A stretch of DNA of 64,000 bases from an uncultured Pelagibacteraceae bacterium (GCA_902551895.1 CACDEU010000001.1:4697-68696); one strand, 5' to 3'; counted from the first letter of the stretch, positions 31,159 to 39,755 are shown. The notes: a model not told the origin generated them from the letters alone. Translations and numbers: made by a program.

Positions 31159-31468
31159 TTTTATTTAAGTAAATACTTATTACCTTTATACTTATAAATC
31201 AATTTAAGTTTATATTATAAACTATTGAAATTATTAATTATTTTATAAAACTTAAACTAAAATATAATACATATAATATTAGGATATAATTATAATAAAT
31301 AACTAAAAAAAGGACGATAAATATAGGTAAAATTGAAAAACCTTTGTAGATTAAGGGTTTTAGTCGATAGTAGATTAAAGTGGTTAGATCATTATATTTA
31401 GAATTGTCAATTTTAGCCAATAATCAATATAAATTAAGGGTAAAGTAGTTATTTTTCGGTGGTTAAAT

Positions 31469-31647
31469 AAGCGTTGATAGGCTTAGATTCTAGAGTGATG
31501 CATATATCGAATATAGCGTTTAATCGAGCATAGAAGGGGTTAATTTTGAGATATACTGATATACAGTACAACTGAAGGGAGAAATATAAATATATATAAA
31601 AAATAACTAAATATATTTAAAAAGCGTTGGTATTAAAGGATTCTAGA
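31469..31647. repeat. Direct repeat AAGCGTTG-N9-GATTCTAGA, two copies (31469-31494 and 31622-31647)
   Basis: 17 identical positions with identical spacing, 153 bp apart, in a long noncoding region. Confidence 0.6.
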
Positions 31648-31918
31648 CTGAAAAACCTTCCTTTTTTAGTAGTTTTTTCTTGATTTTAATGCCTCCTGGT
31701 GCCGAGAAACCACCTAAGGTACCATCAGATCTGATAACCCTGTGACAAGGCACTCTAGGTGCATAAGGATTCTTACCGCATGCATTAGCTACAGCACGTG
31801 CTGATTTAGGCATTTTTATCCCTATAGCTACTTCTTTATAGGTTTTTACCTTACCTTTTGGTATTTTCATAAGGTATTTCCAGACTTTTATTTGAAATTT
31901 TGTACCTTTTAGGATCAT
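31643..31918 (-). CDS. ogt: Methylated-DNA--protein-cysteine methyltransferase (minimal MGMT domain)
   Basis: FQIKVW..IPKG..TY, RAVANAC, active site PCHRV. Confidence 0.9.
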   Translation of the reverse strand: MILKGTKFQIKVWKYLMKIPKGKVKTYKEVAIGIKMPKSARAVANACGKNPYAPRVPCHRVIRSDGTLGGFSAPGGIKIKKKLLKKEGFSV

Positions 31919-31925
31919 CTAATAG

Positions 31926-31970
31926 AAAAAAAACCCTGTTTCCTTGCACTTTTTAGGGTGCAAAGAACAG
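31926..31970 (-). terminator. Intrinsic terminator closing the ncRNA
   Basis: Minus strand CTGTTCTTTGCAC-CCTAAAAA-GTGCAAGGAAACAG followed by GG-T8. Confidence 0.7.
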
Positions 31971-32117
31971 TAGTTTTGACACGTCGTTGTAGGCGCTACC
32001 GCCGTGTCCTTCGCTCTGCATGTTTAGCGCTGCTCTGCAGAACTTTCTGCCCTCTGGGCTTGAACCTCTCGGCTTTTCCCCAATTGGCCAGTTAAGAGTT
32101 GCCTCTTAATTCATTTT
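31926..32117 (-). ncRNA. Structured ncRNA, IMES-2-like
   Basis: GC-rich island with hairpins TTAAGAG-GCAA-CTCTTAA and AGCC-GAGA-GGTT (GNRA loops), CTGCA/TGCAG and GACACG/CGTGTC stems, and a terminator; family assignment is from recall only. Confidence 0.75.
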
Positions 32118-32184
32118 TGAGATTATCAGATGTTAAAGGTTGTATGTATCACTTTATTGTTGAATTTAATGAGTTTTTAACAAC

Positions 32185-32202
32185 TGTGGATAGTGGGGAA
32201 AA
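32185..32202 (-). promoter_or_regulatory. Two tandem DnaA-box-like 9-mers
   Basis: Minus strand TTTTCCCCA-CTATCCACA, each one mismatch from TTWTNCACA. Confidence 0.3.
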
Positions 32203-32208
32203 GCTAAA

Positions 32209-32373
32209 CTAAAACATTAAGAGTATTAGCAAAACAAAAATACTGAGAAAAAATGCACCAAATATAAGCATTAATATCCTATTTTTGGTTTGTTCCTTTA
32301 ATTTTGGCCAGTAATTCATTATCATGAATGTTCCTATAACGACCAATAATCCAATTAATATATATTTTGGCAT
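32209..32373 (-). CDS. Small two-helix membrane protein, 54 aa
   Basis: Hand translation MPKYILIGLLVVIGTFMIMNYWPKLKEQTKNRILMLIFGAFFLSIFVLLILLMF*: two hydrophobic segments joined by a basic loop. Confidence 0.7.
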   Translation of the reverse strand: MPKYILIGLLVVIGTFMIMNYWPKLKEQTKNRILMLIFGAFFLSIFVLLILLMF

Positions 32374-32439
32374 TTATATATAACAAATATTAGTTACAAA
32401 CTTTATAATCAACAGATAAAAGGCCGCTTATCTTAACAT

Positions 32440-32616
32440 TTAGCGTGGAATCATCAATATTATGTAACTTAAGAAGAATATAATAGCCATAATAGACAGA
32501 AATATTGTATTTATACTTTTACCAGTATTTCGGTATTGAATTAAACTTAATATAACGAAACCAATTGAGCTTATTAAAAACCATGCTGCAGGAATTTCTC
32601 CATCGAATGAATTCAT
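32440..32616 (-). CDS. Small two-helix membrane protein, 58 aa
   Basis: Hand translation MNSFDGEIPAAWFLISSIGFVILSLIQYRNTGKSINTIFLSIMAIIFFLSYIILMIPR*. Confidence 0.7.
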   Translation of the reverse strand: MNSFDGEIPAAWFLISSIGFVILSLIQYRNTGKSINTIFLSIMAIIFFLSYIILMIPR

Positions 32617-32634
32617 AAATTTATATTTAAACTA

Positions 32635-32663
32635 TTGACAATAAAAATCACCTAATATATAAC
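32635..32663 (+). promoter_or_regulatory. Sigma70 promoter of the recombinase
   Basis: TTGACA (32635-40), 17 nt, TATAAC (32658-63). Confidence 0.75.
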
Positions 32664-32693
32664 TTCCGATAATTAATGGTTATCGGAAAATAT
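32659..32693. repeat. lox/dif-like recombination site (14-7-14 inverted repeat)
   Basis: ATAACTTCCGATAA-TTAATGG-TTATCGGAAAATAT; inner 9-bp arms perfect, 12/14 overall; ends 1 nt before the recombinase ATG. Confidence 0.75.
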
Positions 32694-32694
32694 T

Positions 32695-33612
32695 ATGAAT
32701 GAACTTGCAACTGATTTAAAAATCCTTGAATTAGAAACTTTAAAAAACTTAAAGAATTCTAAAGCTGCTAACACACTAAGAGCTTATCAGGCAGATTTTA
32801 GGGATTTTTCCATATTCTGTTCAAAAAATGGCTTAAGTTCAATGCCTACAGAACCTAAAATTCTATCTATTTACCTAACCCACTTAGCATCGACCTCAAA
32901 ATTTAGCACTTTAAAGCGCAGAATAGCATCTATAAGCGTGATTCATAAGATGAAAGGGCATTACCTAGATACAAAACACCCAATAATTATGGAAAATTTG
33001 CATGGTATAAAAAGAGTTAGGGGCACAAATCAAAAAGCAAAAAAACCTATATTAATCAATAATTTAAAAAGCATAATTAATAAAATAGATGAAATAAAAC
33101 AGCCAGAAAAAAAGAAGTTTAGAGATAAAGCTCTGATACTTGTAGGATTCTCAGGTGGTTTTAGAAGATCCGAGCTAGTTAATATTGATTATGAAGATTT
33201 AGAATTTGTGAGTGAAGGAGTCAAAATATTCATTAAGAGATCGAAAACTGATCAATCTGGAGAAGGAATGATAAAAGCGATCCCCTACTTTGATAATAAA
33301 TTATTCTGTCCAGTTACAAAGCTAGAAGATTGGATCAATTTTTCAGAAATTAAATCAGGTAAAGTATTTGAAATATCAGACAAAAGTGTAGCACTAATTA
33401 TTAAAAAATATGCATCTCTTTCAGGTTTGGATCCAATTAAATATGGTGGTCATAGTCTTAGATCTGGATTTGCCACATCGGCAGCAGAATTTGGCGCAGA
33501 AGAAAGAAATATAATGGCAATGACGGGCCATAAAACAACACAAATGGTAAGAAGATATATTCAAGAAGCTAATTTATTTAAAAATAATGCTTTGAATAAA
33601 ATAAAGATCTAA
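32695..33612 (+). CDS. Tyrosine site-specific recombinase, Cre-like
   Basis: NTLRAY core-binding start; catalytic RRSEL (R), RSKTDQ (K), GHSLRSG (HxxR), TGH, RRY (Tyr). Confidence 0.93.
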   Translation: MNELATDLKILELETLKNLKNSKAANTLRAYQADFRDFSIFCSKNGLSSMPTEPKILSIYLTHLASTSKFSTLKRRIASISVIHKMKGHYLDTKHPIIMENLHGIKRVRGTNQKAKKPILINNLKSIINKIDEIKQPEKKKFRDKALILVGFSGGFRRSELVNIDYEDLEFVSEGVKIFIKRSKTDQSGEGMIKAIPYFDNKLFCPVTKLEDWINFSEIKSGKVFEISDKSVALIIKKYASLSGLDPIKYGGHSLRSGFATSAAEFGAEERNIMAMTGHKTTQMVRRYIQEANLFKNNALNKIKI

Positions 33613-33642
33613 TCTCTAAAACTTTAAAAAAATTAATAAAAT

Positions 33643-34209
33643 TCATTTTTTTTCAAACAATACTTGGTGGTCTGTCTCATAAATAATTTTAAAATTATTT
33701 TGAAGCAAAAAGTTTATTGATAGATTAGTTTTAGAACCTTTATCATCAAGAAGAATAAGTGATCTTTTGTGAATATTTTTTAAAGCATTCTTAATCTCAT
33801 TTAGTTGATGAGATGAAGCTTTAAGTGGATCGTGACCATCAAAAGAGTCAAGGTACAACAAATCTATAGGTTTAGAAAAATTTTTTAAAAAGGAAACACT
33901 ATCTTCAACATAAAATGTAATATTTTTTGAAAAATTCTTTGTAAATTTTTTTGCATTATCAATATTTACTTGAGAAATATCACAGCTATGTAAATGACCA
34001 TTAATAAATTTTGCAAAATTAGCAAACATTATAGTGCTCATCCCATCTTTCCAATTATACTTTTTAAAGAAAAAAAATTTAATTTTTCCTCTAGAAGTGC
34101 CTGTCTCAACAATAGTTTTAAGATTTCTTTCTAACACTAAGTCAAAAGCCTTTTTAAACATGGTTAATCTTATATTTTTGGGATTATCAAACTTTTGCAA
34201 AAAATTCAT
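33643..34209 (-). CDS. Class I SAM-dependent methyltransferase
   Basis: IVETGTSRG, SCDI, DSVSFL, IDLLYLDS, ILLDD. Confidence 0.75.
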   Translation of the reverse strand: MNFLQKFDNPKNIRLTMFKKAFDLVLERNLKTIVETGTSRGKIKFFFFKKYNWKDGMSTIMFANFAKFINGHLHSCDISQVNIDNAKKFTKNFSKNITFYVEDSVSFLKNFSKPIDLLYLDSFDGHDPLKASSHQLNEIKNALKNIHKRSLILLDDKGSKTNLSINFLLQNNFKIIYETDHQVLFEKK

Positions 34210-35094
34210 AGCATATTAATTATATCTCTACTCAAATTTTTAAAATTTTTTCTGTAAATAAAGTTATAATTTCTAAAATGCTCAGTCCATCTTTTATAAA
34301 AATTTAATTTATCTTTTTCTATAATATCAATTTGCCTAATGTTTTTGGCAGCAGCCACATGAGATATCGCTCCATGACAAGAAATTAATAATTCGCAACT
34401 ATCAACGATATTTTCGATCTCAATAAAATCTATATTTGAAAGAATAATAAGCTTTGAGTTAAATTTATCTGATGAAATTTTATTTAAAATTTTGGGTTTT
34501 TTAACCCCAGTTGTAATTACAAGCTTTTTACCAGATTTATTTATAATAGAATTAATAAAAGACTCAAGATCATCATTAATAGGTTCTATATTAACATATG
34601 AGTTTATATATTCTTTATGTATCCACTTTTCATCAAAATGAAAAAGTATATAACTATTATCAATAGTTTTATTATATTTATCTCGACTTTTTAAAGTATT
34701 TAAATCACTTTCAATAAAATTTAAGTTAATTAATTTTAATATTTCTTTAATATCAGAAAAGTATGAATTCGATTTATTTTTTACTAAAACTTTTATTTTT
34801 GAGTTTAAAAAAAAGGATATAATTTTGGATCTTTGTTTTTGATCATGAACAATTATAGCTCTATATTTTTCATTATGTAAATTCTTTATCAGTTTTATTT
34901 TTTCAAAAAAAACCATTTTTTAATAAAATTACGCTATCAACTGAATTAAATGATTTAATATAATTATAGTTTTTTTGTGATGCTACAACGGTAACATGTG
35001 AATTTGATTCATTTCTTTTTATTGAATTTATTAATATAGCTGTAAGTAGAAAATCACCTATCCTATCTGTTCTAAAAATTAAATATTTGTTCAT
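34206..35094 (-). pseudogene. GT9 (LPS heptosyltransferase-like) glycosyltransferase split by a frameshift in a T8 tract
   Basis: ORF 34903..35094 has the GT9 start IFRTDRIGDFLL; ORF 34206..34916 continues to ISCHGAISHVAAA; removing one T from 34905-34912 joins them. Confidence 0.8.
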
Positions 35095-37220
35095 TTGTCA
35101 TGCCACAAATATTTCTTTTTATTATTTATATCGAAAGTTTTATTTATAATAAAATCAGCAACTAGATTTGAATTAAAATATTTTGTATATTTATCCTTAC
35201 CTTTTTTTGCAATTGATTTTCTTAATTTATCATCTTTATTTAGTTTTGAAATTTTTTCACTCAAATCATGTACATTTGAATAAAAAACCATTTCTTTTTC
35301 ATTAAAAAAATCTCTATAACAAGTTTTTTCATCTATAAGTGTAACCAATCCATTTCCTGTTATTTGAGTTATCCGGTCACTACTATAATACTTAATTGGA
35401 TCTCCCCTACTTAAATTTAATCCCATTTTTGAATTAGAAATAATTTTAAAGTATTGATCTGCCCATATCGGCTGAATATTATCTACACCAAAAATATCAT
35501 ACTTTATGTCTTTTGATATATTTATCAATTTTCTAATAAATTCTTCTCTGTCATCTTTACCCCTGTATTTTAAACTTCCTCTATGTACACCATGACTAAG
35601 TGCAAAAAAAACATCATTTGAACAATTTTTCTTATAATTATTTAATGTTTCAATTGATGGGTCAGTTGGATTTGGAATGAAGTAATTATTAGTTTTTTTT
35701 GGTAAAAAATTTAATACATCGGGACTAGTTGTCATAAAATTTGCATCAAGAAACTTAGATTTATGTAAAATTCTTTTTTTATTCTTATTAAAATCAGGTC
35801 CTTTTATATTTAATGGGTCAAGAAACCACTGGGCAATTTTTAAAAAAGGATATTCATCTTTTAATGTACCCAGCATATCCGTAGATACAAGATCAGCATG
35901 ACCCAGAACTATAAGATCTGGTCTAAAATTATAGCATGTTTTTCTTAACTTTTCGTTTAATGATTTAGATCCAGATAAATCAGAATATGATTTATAATTT
36001 TTTTGTATATCACGATCGCTAAATTCTAATACACTATTACCTTGCCTAATAAAGCCATTATTAATTCTTCTGCCGGTGTTAAAAAAAAGTCTTCCGTCAT
36101 GACGTTCATTAAAATTTGTCACATGAAGTATTCTTAGAGAAACATTTTTTTTTATATTAAATCTTTTAAATATTTTAAATCTTTCATCTCTTATTTTATC
36201 TATTAATTTAGAGACATATGAATGTGATAAAAAAAAGTTTTTTAATGATAGTTTTTGAAAACTTATTCTTTTTTTTTTATTTAAAATTAGCTCATTAATT
36301 TCTTTATATAAATTTTGATAGTTTAAACTTTTAAGTATTACTCCATTAGTTATTGTTTCTTTTAAACCTCCTCTATTGCTTATTATTACTGCACATCCAT
36401 TAGCGGCAGCTTCTAAACTTGTTCTTCCAAAAGGCTCTTCCCACCTTGAACAAATTACAGCTATACTTGATTTTTTATATATATTAAGAACTTGATTATG
36501 ATTTAAAAATCCTAGAGATTTTAATCTATTATGATTAAATTTAATTTTATCTCTTGGCTCATCACCAACAACGATGGATGACCAATCTTTATGTTTGTTT
36601 AAAACTTTAATAATTGCGTTTCCAAATATATCATAACCTTTTGCTTTATTTAGCTTACCAACAAAAGTAATAATTTTTTTTTTTAATTTTAATTTAACTT
36701 TATTTTTCTTTGCTGATTGATTTATTACAATTAACTTTTCACTGTTATTATATTCATCATTCATTCCGTCAAGAAATTTTCTTTTTGACCAATTGCTATT
36801 AAAAATAATTTTAAAACAATTTTTTAATAGAAAAATTCTTTCAGAAACTGTTCTAGAGCCACTCATCGTTAAAGGGTCGTTATGGAAATAAAGTATATAA
36901 TTTTTATTTTTTAAAGATTGCATTAAATAAATCATATATATTGGCCTGTTGTGTATTTCGATTAAATCAGAATTTCTTTTATATTCTAATTTTACAAACT
37001 CTTCAGCGTATGTTTTATTTTGACTCTTAAAAAAATTTTTTTTTATTATGATATTTTTATATTTTAAATTAAATCTCTGTTTATAATTTGTGTTTCCATA
37101 AACAATCGTTTGTTTTTTATATTTACTAATTTTAAGTGTATCATTAATAAATAAAGAAACTGCACCAGGGTATTTTGGTGAAAAGTTTTCCTTAAATGGT
37201 AATAATATTGAAATTTTCAA
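35091..37220 (-). CDS. Two-domain glycosyltransferase (GT4 plus second GT-B/CgeB-like domain)
   Basis: FVGKLNKAKG, SRWEEPFGRTSLEA; second domain WFLDPL, GLNLSRG..YYSSDR. Confidence 0.88.
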   Translation of the reverse strand: MKISILLPFKENFSPKYPGAVSLFINDTLKISKYKKQTIVYGNTNYKQRFNLKYKNIIIKKNFFKSQNKTYAEEFVKLEYKRNSDLIEIHNRPIYMIYLMQSLKNKNYILYFHNDPLTMSGSRTVSERIFLLKNCFKIIFNSNWSKRKFLDGMNDEYNNSEKLIVINQSAKKNKVKLKLKKKIITFVGKLNKAKGYDIFGNAIIKVLNKHKDWSSIVVGDEPRDKIKFNHNRLKSLGFLNHNQVLNIYKKSSIAVICSRWEEPFGRTSLEAAANGCAVIISNRGGLKETITNGVILKSLNYQNLYKEINELILNKKKRISFQKLSLKNFFLSHSYVSKLIDKIRDERFKIFKRFNIKKNVSLRILHVTNFNERHDGRLFFNTGRRINNGFIRQGNSVLEFSDRDIQKNYKSYSDLSGSKSLNEKLRKTCYNFRPDLIVLGHADLVSTDMLGTLKDEYPFLKIAQWFLDPLNIKGPDFNKNKKRILHKSKFLDANFMTTSPDVLNFLPKKTNNYFIPNPTDPSIETLNNYKKNCSNDVFFALSHGVHRGSLKYRGKDDREEFIRKLINISKDIKYDIFGVDNIQPIWADQYFKIISNSKMGLNLSRGDPIKYYSSDRITQITGNGLVTLIDEKTCYRDFFNEKEMVFYSNVHDLSEKISKLNKDDKLRKSIAKKGKDKYTKYFNSNLVADFIINKTFDINNKKKYLWHDK

Positions 37221-37221
37221 T

Positions 37222-37467
37222 TTAAAAACCTTTTTTTATTTTGTTTCTTAACTTGTAATTTTTTTTTAATTTATACTCTTCTTTCATTGCTATAATTTTA
37301 TTATCATATCCTTTATAGTATGCCAGTTTCCATTTTCTTCCACGAGTGAATTTTGCACCTCTTGAATTATTATGTGATTTTAATCTTCTATTTATATCAT
37401 TAGTGTATCCAACATAAGAAATTGTTCGATTTATGTTTTTTGAGACTATTAGGTAAACAAAATACAT
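37222..37467 (-). CDS. GIY-YIG nuclease (YhbQ/UPF0213-like)
   Basis: YFVYLI..SYVGYTND..RRLKSHN..GAKFTRGR. Confidence 0.9.
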   Translation of the reverse strand: MYFVYLIVSKNINRTISYVGYTNDINRRLKSHNNSRGAKFTRGRKWKLAYYKGYDNKIIAMKEEYKLKKNYKLRNKIKKGF

Positions 37468-37537
37468 CAAATATACTTATTTTTATTTATTTGAACAATA
37501 TCATTATATAACAATTTGTGAGTAAAAGAATATCTAA

Positions 37538-38596
37538 TCAATAAAAATAATTTATTTTTAAAATTCTCTTAATTAAAAAATTAATATCACTTATAAAAAA
37601 AAGAAATATTGAACTTAATTTTTTATAATTATTTATTTTTTTACTAAAAAAAGGTAAAATATTTTTTTTTTCTTCTAACCAAGCATTATAATTTATTTCA
37701 GCTAAAGATTTTCTTAAATGATAACTATTTATAATACTATCAGTATTTATTTCTTTGATATTTTTTTCATCAAAAAGAAATCCATTATTTTCATTTTCTA
37801 TATATTCATTCATAGTGGAGTCATTATATCCGACTACATACATACCTTTTGATATAGCTTCAACTAAAGCCATACCTATTCCCTCTTTTTTTCTTGGAGC
37901 AACAAAAACATTACATTTTGACAGTAAATTTAAAAAATCTTCTTTAGACAAGAATTCATTTTTAATTAAAGTTATTTTTAAATCTTTCCTATTTAAATAT
38001 TTACTAATATTAGACTCTTTACGTCCATAATCTGGGTTTGGAAAATATAATATTTCATTTATGTCTTTACTTTTAAATATTTTAATCCAATCATCAAATT
38101 TAACACCTCCTCTATCCCAAAAAAAAATGTTGAGTTTTTTTTGATTTATTTGACTAGATGAAAAATCTGTTTTTACATAATATTTAAGTTTTAAAGTATC
38201 AAGTTTTGATTGTCCGATACTCTCAGTAATTTTATCAGAAAATTTTAAAACTTTTACACCCAATGAAGCCATTTGATCCCAGAAAATTCTTTTTAAAAAA
38301 GTATTTGTAAAATTTACTGCTCCATATTTATCAAGACCATCATACATTGGTGCCCACATAATTCTTTTTCCTTTTAATTTTCTCATTAATTGATATGGAA
38401 ATATTATGTGAAAGAAAAAAATAAAATCATATTTTTTTAAATCATTTAATGGAAACTTTTCTCTTGGTTTCCACCAAAAATCAGTTATTTCAAATTCTTC
38501 AGAAAGAATTTCTCTTAAAAAATCTCCACTTTTAGTATTTTTGTGTGTATAGAAATCAACATATGCTAATCTTTTTTTATCATTATTATTAGACAT
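37538..38596 (-). CDS. Glycosyltransferase (GT4-like)
   Basis: FVAPRKKEGIGMALVEAISKG (E-x7-E), MNEYI..NGFL. Confidence 0.85.
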   Translation of the reverse strand: MSNNNDKKRLAYVDFYTHKNTKSGDFLREILSEEFEITDFWWKPREKFPLNDLKKYDFIFFFHIIFPYQLMRKLKGKRIMWAPMYDGLDKYGAVNFTNTFLKRIFWDQMASLGVKVLKFSDKITESIGQSKLDTLKLKYYVKTDFSSSQINQKKLNIFFWDRGGVKFDDWIKIFKSKDINEILYFPNPDYGRKESNISKYLNRKDLKITLIKNEFLSKEDFLNLLSKCNVFVAPRKKEGIGMALVEAISKGMYVVGYNDSTMNEYIENENNGFLFDEKNIKEINTDSIINSYHLRKSLAEINYNAWLEEKKNILPFFSKKINNYKKLSSIFLFFISDINFLIKRILKINYFY

Positions 38597-39635
38597 TCAA
38601 TATTTTTTTAATGTTGTTTTCATTATCTTTGATCCAACTTATTACATTTTCTATACCTTTATTTATACTTATTTTTGGGTACCATCCCAAATCTTTTCTA
38701 ACCTTTGAAATATTGGATATATAAATTTTTTGATCACCTTGCCTCCAATTGTAATTTTTATATCTAATTTTTTTTTTTAATTTTTTTTCTAATATATCTT
38801 TAAGTTCAATTATACTTAGTGAGTTTTTAATTCCACCACCTATATTGTACAAATTATTTTTTATTTTTTTTGTTTTAGAAATAATAAAAAATAATCTCAC
38901 TAAATCATCAATAAATAATATATCTCTTACTTGTTTACCATCACCATAAATATTTAATTTCCTATTGAAATATGAAGCTATTGTAAGCCATGTAATCCAT
39001 CCGTGATCTTCAATACCAAATTGTTTAATACCATATACACAGCTTAATCTAAGGACTATTGTGTCTAATTTATATATACGTGAGTAATCTCTTACATATT
39101 GATCAGCTGATCCTTTCGAGCAACCATATGGAGAATAAAAATCTAATTGATAGTTTTCTTTTATAGCATTGTTAGATTTCTTAAAAATATATCTTTTTTT
39201 ATTAGACAGGATTTTTTCATTTAGAGATCCATAAACTTTATTTGTAGATATAAAGATCAACTTAGATTTCCTTGAATATAATCTAATCGATTCAATTATA
39301 TTAAAAGTTCCTAATGCGTTAGTATTAAAATCAGTTTTGGGATCAGTAATTGATTTTGTAACAGCAACTTGTCCAGCACAATGTAAAATTAAATTAGGTT
39401 TTAAATTCGATATAATTTTAGAAATTTTATTATAGTTTTCTACATTTATTCTATAAAATTTAAATTTTATATTTTTATTTAAATTGCTTAGATTATTTAA
39501 AGTGCCTTTTCTAGAACAGTCGTCAACAAGAAATACTTTCCATCCTTTTTTATAAAAGTAAATTGCTGAATTTGTGCCCATGAAACCAACACCACCTGTT
39601 ATAAGAATTTTTTTTGTTTTTTTACTCATAAGCAT
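38589..39635 (-). CDS. NAD-dependent nucleotide-sugar epimerase (CDP-paratose 2-epimerase-like SDR)
   Basis: ITGGVGFMG, AGQVAVT, STNKVYG, SPYGCSKG.ADQYV.DY, EDHGW. Confidence 0.87.
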   Translation of the reverse strand: MLMSKKTKKILITGGVGFMGTNSAIYFYKKGWKVFLVDDCSRKGTLNNLSNLNKNIKFKFYRINVENYNKISKIISNLKPNLILHCAGQVAVTKSITDPKTDFNTNALGTFNIIESIRLYSRKSKLIFISTNKVYGSLNEKILSNKKRYIFKKSNNAIKENYQLDFYSPYGCSKGSADQYVRDYSRIYKLDTIVLRLSCVYGIKQFGIEDHGWITWLTIASYFNRKLNIYGDGKQVRDILFIDDLVRLFFIISKTKKIKNNLYNIGGGIKNSLSIIELKDILEKKLKKKIRYKNYNWRQGDQKIYISNISKVRKDLGWYPKISINKGIENVISWIKDNENNIKKILNV

Positions 39636-39649
39636 TTAATTATAATTTA

Positions 39650-39724
39650 TGGCGGTCCCTAGGGGAATCGAACCCCTCTTTCGAGGATGAAAACCACGTG
39701 TCCTAACCGATAGACGAAGGGACC
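39650..39724 (-). tRNA. tRNA-Glu(TTC)
   Basis: GGTCCCT/AGGGACC acceptor, loop TT-TTC-AT, GGTTCGATTCC, encoded CCA. Confidence 0.94.
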
Positions 39725-39755
39725 GAATTTGGATCTTTTATTGTAAATAATACAA

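Noticed and set aside
31238-31420. 60-aa minus-strand ORF in the long spacer
   Set aside because: TTG start, low-complexity I/Y/L/F composition expected from AT-rich DNA, and no recognisable motif.
31159-31642. Canonical XerCD dif site
   Set aside because: No convincing XerD arm (TTATG-TTAAAT-like) found by eye.
31159-32210. Origin of replication (AT-rich region plus DnaA-like boxes)
   Set aside because: Only two imperfect boxes; genes converge here rather than diverge; no hemE, dnaA or parAB context.
31926-32616. Type I toxin-antitoxin system (small membrane proteins plus RNA)
   Set aside because: The RNA is on the same strand, does not overlap the ORFs, and I saw no extended complementarity.
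32695-39724. Prophage or integrative element inserted at tRNA-Glu
   Set aside because: No phage, conjugation or transposase genes and no duplicated tRNA 3' end seen; the recombinase is 6 kb from the tRNA. Kept only as a weak alternative.
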